Positions 38,005 through 50,024 of a stretch of 64,000 bases of DNA are shown in pieces. Every line of letters starts with the position of its first letter. Position 1 is the first letter of the stretch. This DNA comes from Octopus vulgaris (Eukaryota). The stretch spans positions 159,216,001 to 159,280,000 of the forward strand of contig OX597815.1 in the NCBI GenBank assembly GCA_951406725.2, written 5' to 3'. The translations under genes were made by a program, and so were the position numbers. Under the pieces are notes generated by a model. The model was not told the DNA's origin, made no database searches, and saw nothing but the letters and a program-made list of their open reading frames with translations.

Positions 38005-38063
38005 CTTAAAAGACTGTTAGGTTTGAAGTATTTCTTAAAATCTGGAATAACTTCAGAGTCCAT
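38005..38063 (-). CDS. TSEN54: TSEN54 coding exon 1 (MDSEVIPDFKKYFKPNSLL-S)
   Basis: ATG at 38063, 59 nt, ends TTAAG|gtaaat (phase 2). It joins exon 2 in frame to give LLSAEQL, matching the recalled 'LSARELF' N-terminus of vertebrate TSEN54. Confidence 0.82.
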
Positions 38064-38800
38064 AATTTTCTGTATAGTTTGAATGTTCGAATCAAATGTT
38101 TTAGTTCCCAAATCAATCTATAAATCTTGTTTATAAAATTAAATGGGAAGAGAAGCAAGTTAGATAAAGTTGTATATACAACAAGGCGGCTTTAAAAGTA
38201 ATGACAGTTAATAAATATGGATTTCATAACAATAAAACGATGCAAATTTTGTTATGAAGCAACAACATCGCTGAATTTGTGGTTAATATAAGGAATCGCA
38301 ATAAAGTTTTCGGGTTTTGAAATCAACACACTCGTGTTACCTTCGTCTGGCGGTGATATAAATAACTTTCACCCTCAAATAAATTAATATAATAAGGAAA
38401 AGCAATCGCATTCATTGAAACAACAACGACGTTTTCGATGCAAAAATAATCGTTAATCTCCTGAAATAATCGAAAAAATGCGCATACACATACATAAAAA
38501 CAGAATTCAGTGGTACAAAAAACGTAATAATTATAAATGGTATATCTGAACATGTGAAATATTTTGTGATGAGGGACGTTGAAAATATGTCACCGGTGAT
38601 TTGTGGCTTCTTATAGTTTCTCCTGTTGCTATTACCAGCGTTAGTTGTGTTTATGTTGATAACACACTTTGAAACTGACCGTACCCCTTTATGTGTCTCT
38701 ACTTGTCTGGTGCTACGGAAATTTTCCTTTTGATGTGAGAAAGACGTGGAGGTGCCACCCATTTCGGAAATAAATAATCGAACTCAAAATTCTCACAAAT
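38064..38800. promoter_or_regulatory. Putative (bidirectional) promoter / 5' region of TSEN54
   Basis: Immediately upstream of the TSEN54 ATG. Visibly richer in CpG than the rest of the window and free of the SINEs that fill both flanks. Confidence 0.55.
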
Positions 38801-38805
38801 GGAGA
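38700..38805 (+). other. Candidate first exon of a divergent plus-strand gene (..ACAAATGGAGA|gtaagt)
   Basis: Strong donor GTAAGT at 38806, preceded by ATG at 38799 and head-to-head with TSEN54. No downstream exon identified; the start coordinate is approximate. Confidence 0.4.
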
Positions 38806-41800
38806 GTAAGTAACGAGACAAACTTTTCATTCATTTCTTCACGAAGTTTCTTAAGCTGGCTGTTTCATTCGCTGATGTTGTTTTTAATTCGCTTAATCCT
38901 TCTCATCCTCCCTCCGCTCCACAGATTTATATTTGGCATATTACTACTTTCTTACTGTATTAAATTATATATAATTTTTTTTTTTTTTTTACATTATCTC
39001 TTAAAAAAAAAAAAAAATTCCACCGTAACGCGAAATTAACCAGGAATAGCGAAAAAGAAAAGAAAAAGATTCTTTAAAGAAATGATTTAATTATTTCTGG
39101 ATTACATCTACCTGCATATCGACCAACCCAACAACCGAAGTGGAGAATTCAAAGTTTTGCCGTCATTCCCTTGCAGAAAAATCCACTTGACATTCCATTT
39201 GGAATTTTTATTTTATTTTGTTTATGAACTAGTTTCTTTCGCTATTATTTTATGTATAAGACAGGTTTATTTCGCTATTCTGTTTATGGACTGCTTTATT
39301 TTACTATATTTGCTTACACTAAGAAGATGATTGAGAAATTATCCTTAATAAATTCCTTTCGCTACTTTCTTAATTTGGCATTAATGGGTCATGAGTTCTT
39401 TGGCTGCAGGCGTTAGCAACACGTTTAGCTTTCCTTTTCGAAAACTCCATGCAAAAGGATTATCGGTGTTTATTAAAAGTAAACTCCCAGTGAAGTGGGT
39501 TCGAAACTCAAATTTCCTTTCGTAGTTGGACCTGATTTTACTCATATTTATCAAAGGTGAAACATATAGAAGAATATATATAGCCTATAGTCATTCTTAC
39601 ATGACAAATGTATATGGGGATTCCTTATAATGACACAAGTCTATAGTTGATTGAATCGAACCCCAGCATCTCCCTGGTGATTTTTTTTCTTATTTTCGTT
39701 GGCTCTGAGGGAGAAGAAAACAAAATCGGCTTTAGTGGGATTTGAACTCAAAACTTGTAAAATATTTAATCCGGTGCTCTGCTGTTGCTGCGAAACTTAC
39801 CATCTTATTTATGATGGAAATGATGCTGAATTGATTTTCTATGGGAGATAAATAGTTTCTTAACTTAAAAATTACTGCATAAATAAAATTTAGGAAGCCT
39901 TTATAGAGATATGTAAACGTGTGTACCTTGTTTTAACTATCAAGGAACTGACAATCCATCCATAGGTTTTCGATGTAGTCGACATGGTAAAACAAAAATA
40001 GTGACATAGTGAAAACACGAACATTATTGCTTAAGTTAAATTATCAACAAATATTTCGGTCATAGTACTACTTATTTTCGATAGGTAATATCGTTTGTTT
40101 CAAATAAAACCGATCACCTACAGATTTGTTCTTTTCCTTTTTCTGTCTTCATCGATTTTGTCTTAGATAACAAACTGAAGCAGACGGTAATTTTTAATAG
40201 AAGACTTTTATCGTCTGTTATTTCCAGACTCACCTGAACTGATCTCATTAGATCTCCCCCACTACATTATTGTTTTTGTGTTTCTTCTTCCACTATATTC
40301 TGCAAAAAAATCGATCCAAATTCGAAATCATTACGGTGCTTCGATTGATAGAAAACGAGATAGAAGTAAATCAAGCACTGACATGTCACAACTTTTCGTT
40401 TCCAGGATATTATTTCTCTAAAAACGGATGTTTTTTTCTTACCGGCGGTAAATTTTGACAATCATAGTTTTCCTATTATTTCTTGAGAGAAAGAATAAAA
40501 TAGGAAGAGTTGAATCATCAAGTTTGAATAAATAAATAAATATATGTATATGCTCGCCAAATACATTTTCTTTACCGTACACCGGCTATCATCTATTTCT
40601 AATTTAATTAGCAACCGAAAAATAAACTTAAAAAAATGGAATAATGGTTTTATACTACAAATCTTATCCACAAGTTGGAATTGTTTTTGTGTCCTTTATT
40701 TTAATGAAGCCTTATATAATATTGATTTCTAACATAACCTTAAATAATATTAGCTGGTGCACGTTTTCCATGCCGGATCGTTTATATCTACTCGTTCTTT
40801 TAACCCCATTCCTCAAAACTACTCGTTCCGCTCTATTTCCTTTTTAGTGGACCTTAAAATTACACGCACGTACATTATCGGCTGTATTCTACCAATCAAG
40901 TATTTTTCACATTCCGACATATACAGCCCTTTTCAATAGTACATTTTACATGTTTTCCATGTTCATTTAAACCATACCTGTTGCTCAAATTTTGGTATTA
41001 TTTGATCCATTCATCCGCACGATTTTTTCTAAGAAAAAAAAGTCTCATAATATGCTGCAAACCCCATAATTTTTGTTCGGAAAAAGGGGTGGGTGAGGAA
41101 ACCGGATCCCCCCTCCCCATATTCCGGAACCATTGGAAATTTTTTTGTTGAATAAATTCCGATGATCTCCTAATATGCTACAAAACCCTTTTTGGGGTCC
41201 ATAAAACGGGGTGGGGTGAAACCTTCGGAAATTTCACCCCACCCCCATTTTCAGATATTTTTTGTTATTTCTTTCTTTACCTATAATTTTAGATGACATT
41301 TTGCAGAAATACGTTTTCGAGAGAGTGTGGATTACATTGGATTGAAAATTCAAAGAAGTTTGAAATAAATAAGTGAAAATGTGAAGGTTATAGAAGTTCA
41401 TGGTAATGAAGTATGTGGAGAGATAACGAATGATAAATTCATCTAGAAAGAAACATGTTAGAGTTTTTGCATGTATGTGTGAAACGAAGTATAATATTAA
41501 AACAAAAATATCTTTTTCCTACCTCTTAAAATCACTGGATATAATACATATAATAATTCCAGATAGCAGAATTGATTTGAAAAACTAAAACATTTTCCCT
41601 TTGCAATATTTGGCGCCGAAATGAGTTTCATTTTCGTGTGGGGGGAGAGAGAGAGAGAAAGAAAGAGTGAGTGGGTGACGAAGTTTACCTAAACTTTGAA
41701 TGGTGTAACATTATATCTTCATCATAATCATCATTGTTTAACATCTGCTTTCCATTCTGGCATGGGTTGGGCTGTTTGACTGAGGACTGGCAAGTCGGGA

Positions 41801-44268
41801 GGCTGCAGTCAGGCTCCAGTTTGTTCTGGCAAGGTTTCTACAGCTGGATGCCCTCCCTAACGCCAACCACTCCGAGAGTGTAGTGGGTGCTTTTCAAGTC
41901 CCACCGGCACGGGGGGGGGGGGCAGTCAGATGGCACTGGTATCGATCATGCTTGAATGGTACTTTTTACATGCTGCTGGCACTGGCATCAGCCATAGAAA
42001 CCAAACCAAACCAAAACAGGTGACTGGAGCCTGGTGCAGCTTTCTGGCTTACCAGCTCCAGTCAAGCAATCTAGCCCATGCCAGCATGGAAAATGGACAT
42101 TAAATGATAATGATATAGCATGCACTGAAGACGTTTTCCTCAGTTAAGCATTTGTTTGCCATGTCTGCTGTCATTTCTATGCAGATGATATTGCCCATCA
42201 CATCTCATTCTGCACATGATTATTATTCAGATACCAGCTAAACATCTTCAACTCTTTTCATATCCGCCTACCTAAAACTGCTTTCTCGTTCTATGGTACA
42301 AACTTCTTTGTTTTAAAGTGATCTAAATTAAATAAAATTTCATATGAATTTATGTCCCAATCATCAGCTTAATAAGGACAAAATTATTTTTTTCATTGCT
42401 TTTGAAATTAATTAAAAGAAAGGCAATACATTTCATCATGAATATGATACCAAAGGAGTTAAAGCAGACATTCACAAAATCTGTATCAGAGATGTTGAGA
42501 TGCTACTTCAATGATCACATGGCAACCTAATCTGTCACAACAGCACATGATGAGTCAGTCACCATATGTTTATTAAAAAGTTTTATAATTAACTTCTCTT
42601 TGCTTGTGAACAACATGCAGCTAAAACCTTTAAAGTCATTATAAATATGAGGTCTCTTTATTTCTGATGGTCTTTTCTAGTGATCTCCATAAGGTGCATG
42701 GTTTTGTAGAGGGAGCATCGGGCTCACAATCTTGAGGTAGTGAGTTCAGTTCTCAGACCAGGCTCTGTATTGTGTTCTTGAGCAAGACACTATATTTCAC
42801 ATTGCTCCAGTCCACTCAGCTGTAGAAATGAGTTGCGATGTAACTGGTGCTAAGCTGTACTAACCTTTACCTTGCCCTTGGATAACATCAGTGGCAAAGA
42901 GAGGGGAAAATGGTATGCATGGGCGACTGCTGGTCTTCTATAAACAACCTTGCCCTTACTTGTGCCTGCAGATGGTGTTTCTTGTGTCTTTTTACCTTTT
43001 TATTGCTTAGTCAGGCAAAAGGTTAGCACCTATAATCTAAGGGCCTCTGAAACTGATGGAAGGGAGGGATGGAGATAGGTACCCTCAAACTGGAGACCTG
43101 GTCTGAAAGCCTGCCACAGAATGGACTCTGCTAAAGGCACCCAAGGTCCAGCTTGGTGGTATTAAAACTGAACAACGGATTAGGTCATGGTATGATTTGA
43201 ATTCAGATCACAAAGAGTTAAGACAAATACTGCAGTGCAACCTATCTAATGCTCTAGTAATTACGCCACTTCTCTAACCTAAACTGTTACTTTTATTTAT
43301 TGAACCCCACCACCCTCTTGGAATGAGGACAGGCTAAGTTGACCTCAGTGAGATCTGAACTTGGAATCCAAGAAGCTAGAATAAATACTAGAAAGCATTT
43401 TGTTTGATGCTCTAACACAGGCATGGGCAACAGTTTTTGAGAAGTGGGCTGCTTGAGACATGGGTCATCATCAGACCGGCCACACAGCTAAAAAAAAAAA
43501 AAACTCAAGGGTAATTCTTCATTAGGCATGTCATTCAGAAAGTTGCACAAGTTGCAGTTATAGCACATGACTGCTCAAATGCTTCTATCAACCTCTTTTC
43601 CCACCTCTTCTATTTCTACTCTAAACTAGTTATCTACATATCATTTCCAATCAGGCCTTCTTGTCTCTTTTCTCATCACCCTTTTTTATATCTCACCTTG
43701 CCAATCTACATCAAACATTTACCCAACCCTTTCTTCCCATTCAAAATTTTTCCTGCGGAAACCAACTCACAAGTGTTTAAGATATCAGCTAAGTCAAACT
43801 TGCTAGTGCGGGAGGCTTGCAAAACTCCTGAACACTGCTTTTTCCCTCCCTCTAAATTACTATTGTGTGTGTGTATTCTTTTATTTGTTTCAGTCATTTA
43901 ACTGCAGCCATACTGGAGCATTTCCTTTTAGTTGAGCACATCGACCCCAGGATTTTTTTCTTTGTAAGCCTAGTACTTATTCTATCAGTCTCTTTTGCTG
44001 AATCGCTAAGTTACGGAGATGTAAACACATCAACATTGGTTGTCAAGCGATGGTGTGGACAAACACAAACGTGTGTGTGTCTGTGTATACACACACAGAC
44101 ATGCATACAACAAACTTCTTTCAGTTTCTGTCTACCAAATCCACTCACAAGGTTTTGGTCAGCCTGAAGCTCTAGTTGAAGACACTTGCCCAAGGTGCCA
44201 GGCAGTTGGACTAAACCCAGAACCATGTGGTTGGTGAGCAATCTACTTACCACACTGCCACTCCTGTA

Positions 44269-44314
<46 letters not shown>

Positions 44315-44400
44315 TTAATTAATAATAAAATATTAGGGAATAAATCCAAACTTACAGAGATAAATCAGATTTAGGATTGAATCCAATTTTATAGTAAAAT

Positions 44401-44633
44401 ATTATATTAAATTAGAGATAAAAACCACTATTAAGCAAATCATACAATGAAAATCACTTAGAACCAATACATAAGATTAATTAATTTATATTATTTTAAA
44501 TATATATCAAAATTATTAAAAAATTATCTTTTTTTTAATAATTTTGATATATATTTAAAATAATATAAATTAATTAATCTTATGTATTGGCTTAAGTTTT
44601 TCATTGCCTAATAGTGGTTTTATTTCTAATTTA

Positions 44634-44640
<7 letters not shown>
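44401..44640. repeat. AT-rich inverted repeat flanked by (TA)n
   Basis: 44401-44523 pairs with 44529-44640, with small indels. Confidence 0.85.
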
Positions 44641-44670
<30 letters not shown>

Positions 44671-45165
44671 AGTTAAGTGATATGAAATTAATATATTTCA
44701 CCAGTTAATAGCCATGATAAGCATTTCACAACCAACATCATGGAAAAAACATATTTCAATTAGTGAAATAAATATATTCATCTCATACCTCCTGACTTTA
44801 TATTCCATATACTCCTCATGAAATAATCTCCACTAATTGGATTTACTGGATTTCAGCTGTATATGGCTCTAATTACACCTCTATGTATTGGTTTAATATG
44901 TGATTTGTAGCCTGTCCACTAAAGAAGCTTTTTTTGTGAATACCACCAGATGAGATAAAACCATATATTGTGCATTAAATTTATAGATATATTTATATAT
45001 GTAGACTTTGTTTGTGGTTTAACAAGGCAACCAATAGTTTTATGTGAAGGAGATTTCCACAGTTGTTTAAGTGAACCACAAATACAGAATATTTATCCAC
45101 CAATGCAGTGCTGAGCGCTCATTCTCACGAGCTTTGTGTGTGTACATATATATATGCACACACAC

Positions 45166-47167
45166 TGGTGTTGTTTGTAAGTATTCATAAAACTCAGAAT
45201 AAAATTGATTTTTTAAATATTTGTCTTATCACTAATCAGTTTGTAATATCTTTTGTACATTATTTATACTTTATTAATATGCACAGTTTCATTTAATTAT
45301 TAATTTATTTTTACAATGGATAACAATCAAAATTAACAAAATTCAAAAAATTATAGGACGGCATGTGTGAAAAATTATTCATAGCCTTTTGTTTAATAAC
45401 TAATTGCGAAGCCTTTATTATGAATAACCATATTTAATTTTTTTTGTATAACTAGGAATTAACTCAGCATATTTTTTTTTTTGATTTTTGTCCATTTCTC
45501 ATAGACAATTGTCTCTAAAATGTTACGATTTTTTGAGCATCTTTTCAGAATCTGAGCTTTGAAATGGCACCAAACATTTCCAATCAGATTCAAGTCTTGC
45601 AATTGAGATCACCATTGCACAATATCGATATCATTTTTGCCTAGTCAGACAGTTGCTAATTTTGATGTATATTTTGGATCATTATCTTGTTGAAAGAGCC
45701 AGCTGTCATGAAGCTTCAATTTTTCTGCTGACACTCGTCTAATATTTTGATGGAATCCTCTTTTGCATCTGGTCTTTGATGAAAAGTAGCCATCCTGGGT
45801 CGGCTGTTGAAAAACACCTCCCAAAACATTAAATTTCTCTCAAATGCTTTTGAGTTGGAAAGCCTGTCTAGATTTCTATTAAACTGTGGCATTCTTGTTG
45901 TGGCCAAAAAGCTCAATTTTGGTCTCAGCGGACCACAGAGTGTTTGACCAAAACTGAGCAAGTTTGTTTAACATTCTTTTTGCATAATTTAGTCGAGCCT
46001 TAATGTGGCAGAGCCTGAGAAGGGAGGATTTTCTTGCTTGGCACCTGTGAAGCCCAAATGTCCACAATGCCCTCCTTGCAGTTAATAATGAAGCATTTAC
46101 ACTCAGCTGCCCAACCTACTGACTGACCTCTTTTGCAATTGTTCTTGCTTCACGCTCTATTTGTCTCACCAGCTTTTGCATGAGTTTGTCATACAACCAT
46201 CAGTTTGATATTTCTTAATAATTGATTGAATAGTCAGTACTTTAAAGAAAATCATTCATAAACCTTCCTGTGTCTATCACCAGACATGTAAACTTCCACA
46301 ATTTTTTTACTTAGGTGAACACTGATCTCTTTTTGTGTCAGCATTTCTTATATAGTAACTGAAATTGCAAGGAATAAATGTCCACAGTATTGACACATGT
46401 ACAAATCATGTGTACACTAATATTAAGGTTTTACTAACAATTATCAATTGTTACATATATACTCTTTTTACTTGTTTTGGTCATGTGACTGTGGCCATGC
46501 TGGAGCACTGCCTTTAGTCGAGCAAATCGATCCCAGCATTCTTTGTAAGCCTAGTACTTATTATATTGGTCCCTTTTGCCGAACTGCTAAGTTTCGGGGA
46601 CGTAAACACACTAGCATCGGTTGTCAAGTGATGTTGTGTGGACAAACACAGACACACAAACATATACACACGCGCACATACATTTATATATATATACATA
46701 TATAAGATGGGCGTCTTTCAGTTTCCACCTACCAAATCCACTCACAAGGCTTTGGTCGGCCTGAGGCTATAGTAAAAGACACTTGCCCAAGGTGCCACGC
46801 AGTGGGACTGAACCCAGAACTATGTGGTTGGTAAGCAAGCTATTTACCACACAGCCACTCCTACGCCTATGATATTTTTTTTTCATTTTTAATAGCTTAT
46901 TTAACCTTTTTGAATTAATTTTTAAACAAAAAAAATTATTAAACAAAATGTTATGAATAATTTTGTACATGTGCCGTCCTATAATTTTTTGAATTTTGTT
47001 AATTTTGGTTGTTATCCATTGCAAAAATAAATTAATGATTAAATGAAATTGTACATGTTAATATTGAATGAATAATATACAAAAAATATTACAAACTAAT
47101 TAGTGATAAGAATATTTTAAAAAATTAATTTTATTTTAGACGTTATGAATACTTATGAACATCACTT
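45166..47167 (-). mobile_element. Older Tc1-like IR/DR transposon relic with internal deletion and a nested SINE
   Basis: ~230-bp inverted repeats (45166-45400 vs 46930-47167). Transposase remnants include HIKARLNYAK..FWSNTLWSAETKIELFG and FQQDNDPK; a SINE sits at ~46460-46870. Confidence 0.85.
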
Positions 47168-47757
47168 TATATGAAGGTAGTTCTTAATACTCAATAGTTA
47201 ATTTAACAGGGGGATGTGTACATAATCTTTTGAAGTCTTCCCAGAATTAAGGATAGAATTAACTGGATAATATTAATGCAGTTAATTCCTTTTGAATTTT
47301 TTTTCATGATAGCAGCTAGAAAAATTTCCAGTCCGATGCAGTTCCATTGGCAAGAAAAGATTTCAAGAAGAATTCATTGCTGGGAGGAAGGTTTGGGTAA
47401 GTGCTTAGTATAGGGCCTGTTGTGCAACATGGAAAGAATATTAGTTGTTGTTGTTGTAAGGTGGCAAGCTGGCAGAATCATTAGCATACTGGGCAAAATG
47501 CTTAGCTGCATTTTGTCCATCTGTATGTTCCGAGTTCAAATTCTGCTGGGGTCAACTTTGCCTTCCCTCCTTTCAGGGTCGATAAGTACCAGTTGAGTAA
47601 TAGGATCATTGTAATCGATTAACCCCTCCCTGCAAATTGTTGGCCTTGTGCCAAACTTTGAAATCAATATTAGTTGTTTAGTCTTAGGTCAGCTCTGACG
47701 GGGTCAACTTATGAGTTAAATGTGTCCAAGTTTTGATCATCCCATCTTTATTTAAGA

Positions 47758-48149
47758 CTAGCAGTATCGCCTGGCGTTGCTTGGGTTTGTTTCGACCCTT
47801 TAGAATTGGAATTTTTGAAAAGTAAAAATTTTGCATTATGTAGCTTGTTATTCTCTTTAAGTGAACAATTTTCTGGTTGAAATATACCGAAAAATGGCAA
47901 CATAGCAGTCAAAAAATCGTAAAAAATAGGGATTTTCATAGAAAAATAGCACCTTTTTGATGTAAATAATTTTTTGTGTTAACATGGTCCAATTTAATTT
48001 TTTTCTTCTATGGAAGGAAGAGCAAGTCTTCTTCTATCATACTCTCAATTTTGGTCAACTTGCGCTGCAGGGTCTCAGAGGAGATAGTGTTAGTTGAAGG
48101 CTACCAAACCTGCCATACACAGACAACTTCAGCTTTATATATAGAGAGA
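47758..48149 (-). mobile_element. Non-autonomous Helitron
   Basis: Minus strand has an A|TC start (TCTCTCTATATATAAAG), a degenerate GC-rich sub-terminal hairpin and a CTAG|T end, with no TSD. Confidence 0.75.
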
Positions 48150-48394
48150 TATATAATGTATCCGGGACTACCTTATCCGAGATACTCATACCTCATTCCT
48201 TTTTTAAGTTAGGAGGGTGTGATTTGGGAGAGACTTGGCTACTGTTTCTTGCAGATCAAGTGATATTGTAAACTCTTCCTTATTAGCTCAGTATATTAGG
48301 CATTTTGGTGTGTACAGTTAGCATGTTTAGGGGTGTTATTAGTTGATGAAAGCTTGTCTTCATGATTCACTTCTAACATTTAGATGTGGTTTAA

Positions 48395-48614
48395 CCCTTT
48401 AGCATTTAAACCGGCCATATCCGGCTAAAATATTCTACATGTTTTATGTTCAATTTGGCCAAATCCAGTTTCTAACAGCTCTCATATACTGTCATACTAA
48501 AAGCAAACAATCGCCTCATTGAAATCTCAAAGTTACAAGACAATGCATGATTAATTCAAAAGAATGTGAAGAAATAAATATCATATTTAACAGAATAATC
48601 TGAATGGTAAAGGG
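48395..48614. mobile_element. piggyBac-type MITE
   Basis: TTAA TSD and CCCTTT/AAAGGG ends; similar to 27848-28068. Confidence 0.82.
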
Positions 48615-49391
48615 TTAACACTTTCATATGAACAATATGGTCACTACTGTAGACACATGAGTACTTTTCAGTATTGTTTATCTTTTACTTCTTTCACTTA
48701 TTGTGCTGTGGCCATACTGGGGCACCGCCTTGAGGGGTTCAGTCAAACCCCTAAGTTACAGAGACGTAGCTCTTTAGCATTCAGATTACTCTCTTGAATG
48801 TAATACATATTTGTTCCGATTGCTTTGAATTAAACATGCATTGCCTTGTAGCTTGAAATTCCAATGATGTGATTGTTTATTTTTACAATGACATTGTTAG
48901 GCAAGTGTAGAGGTCAGTAGAAACAGATAGAAAACTTTGGGCCAGATATGGCCGGTTTAAATGCTAAAGGGTTAAACAAACCAACACCAGTTGTGAAGTA
49001 GTAATGGGGGACAAGCACACATGTGCACACACAGCAAAAGGCTTTGGTTGGCCCGAGACTATAGTAGAAGACACTTACCCAAGGTGTCACAGAGTAGGAC
49101 TGAACTCAAAACCACTTGGTTGGGAAGCAACCTTCTCACTTATGTGCCAAATAAATTCCTAAGAATTAGCTGTTTTTCAAAGTGCTGAAAAGGAAAAAAA
49201 TTGTTTTGTAGTGTTGTCCAGTGTATGTAAAAATAATGCTTGTCTATGTGCGATTAAAAAAACTGGATTTATTTTTTTAAAAGATTATAGTTTGAGGTGT
49301 TTGCTGATACTGAGCAGAGAAGGAATAGTTTTGTGGTTGTATTATTTTACTTGAAATAAATAATGTGTACATGTTTAAGTTGCATCTAGAT

Positions 49392-49687
49392 CAGTGCTTC
49401 TCAAACTATCTGATGTGGCGTACCGATAGTTTTTTTTCCCAGTGTGCCAGGTACTGGTAATATTTCTTAGTAATGTTAATTTATACCAGAAACAATATAT
49501 ATAATGAATATAATAAAAGTTGACTATTTTTTTTCATCTTATATTTATTTTGTAAACAAATAATACAATATTATATAAGCATTTTGTCAATGTTTTATAA
49601 TGTTTCTTTCTTTTTCTTGAAACTTGCCACATTCCAGCAGCTGATGGATTGGCACCGGTCTGTGGACCACCACTTTGAGTAGCACTG
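49392..49687. mobile_element. hAT-family MITE
   Basis: TIRs CAGTGCTTCTCAAA / TTTGAGTAGCACTG; 8-bp TSD ATCTAGAT/ATCTGGAT. Confidence 0.88.
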
Positions 49688-49977
49688 ATCTGGATGACAC
49701 CTGCCAAAGGTGAAGAAAGTGTAGGTTAGTGTCATCTGCACAGGAAAATGTATCAGTTTTGATAGAATAAATCTTTACTGTTGAGAAGGAAGAGTGCAGG
49801 AGTGGGTGTGTGGTAAGTAGCTTGCTTACCAACTACATGGTTCCGGGTTCAGTCCTACTGCATGGCATCTTGGTCAAGTGTCTTCTACTGTAGCCTCAAG
49901 CCAACCAAAGCCTTATGAGTGGGTTTGGTAGATGGAAACTGAAAGAAGCTCGTCTCTCTTGCTCTCTCTCTCTCTCT

Positions 49978-50024
<47 letters not shown>

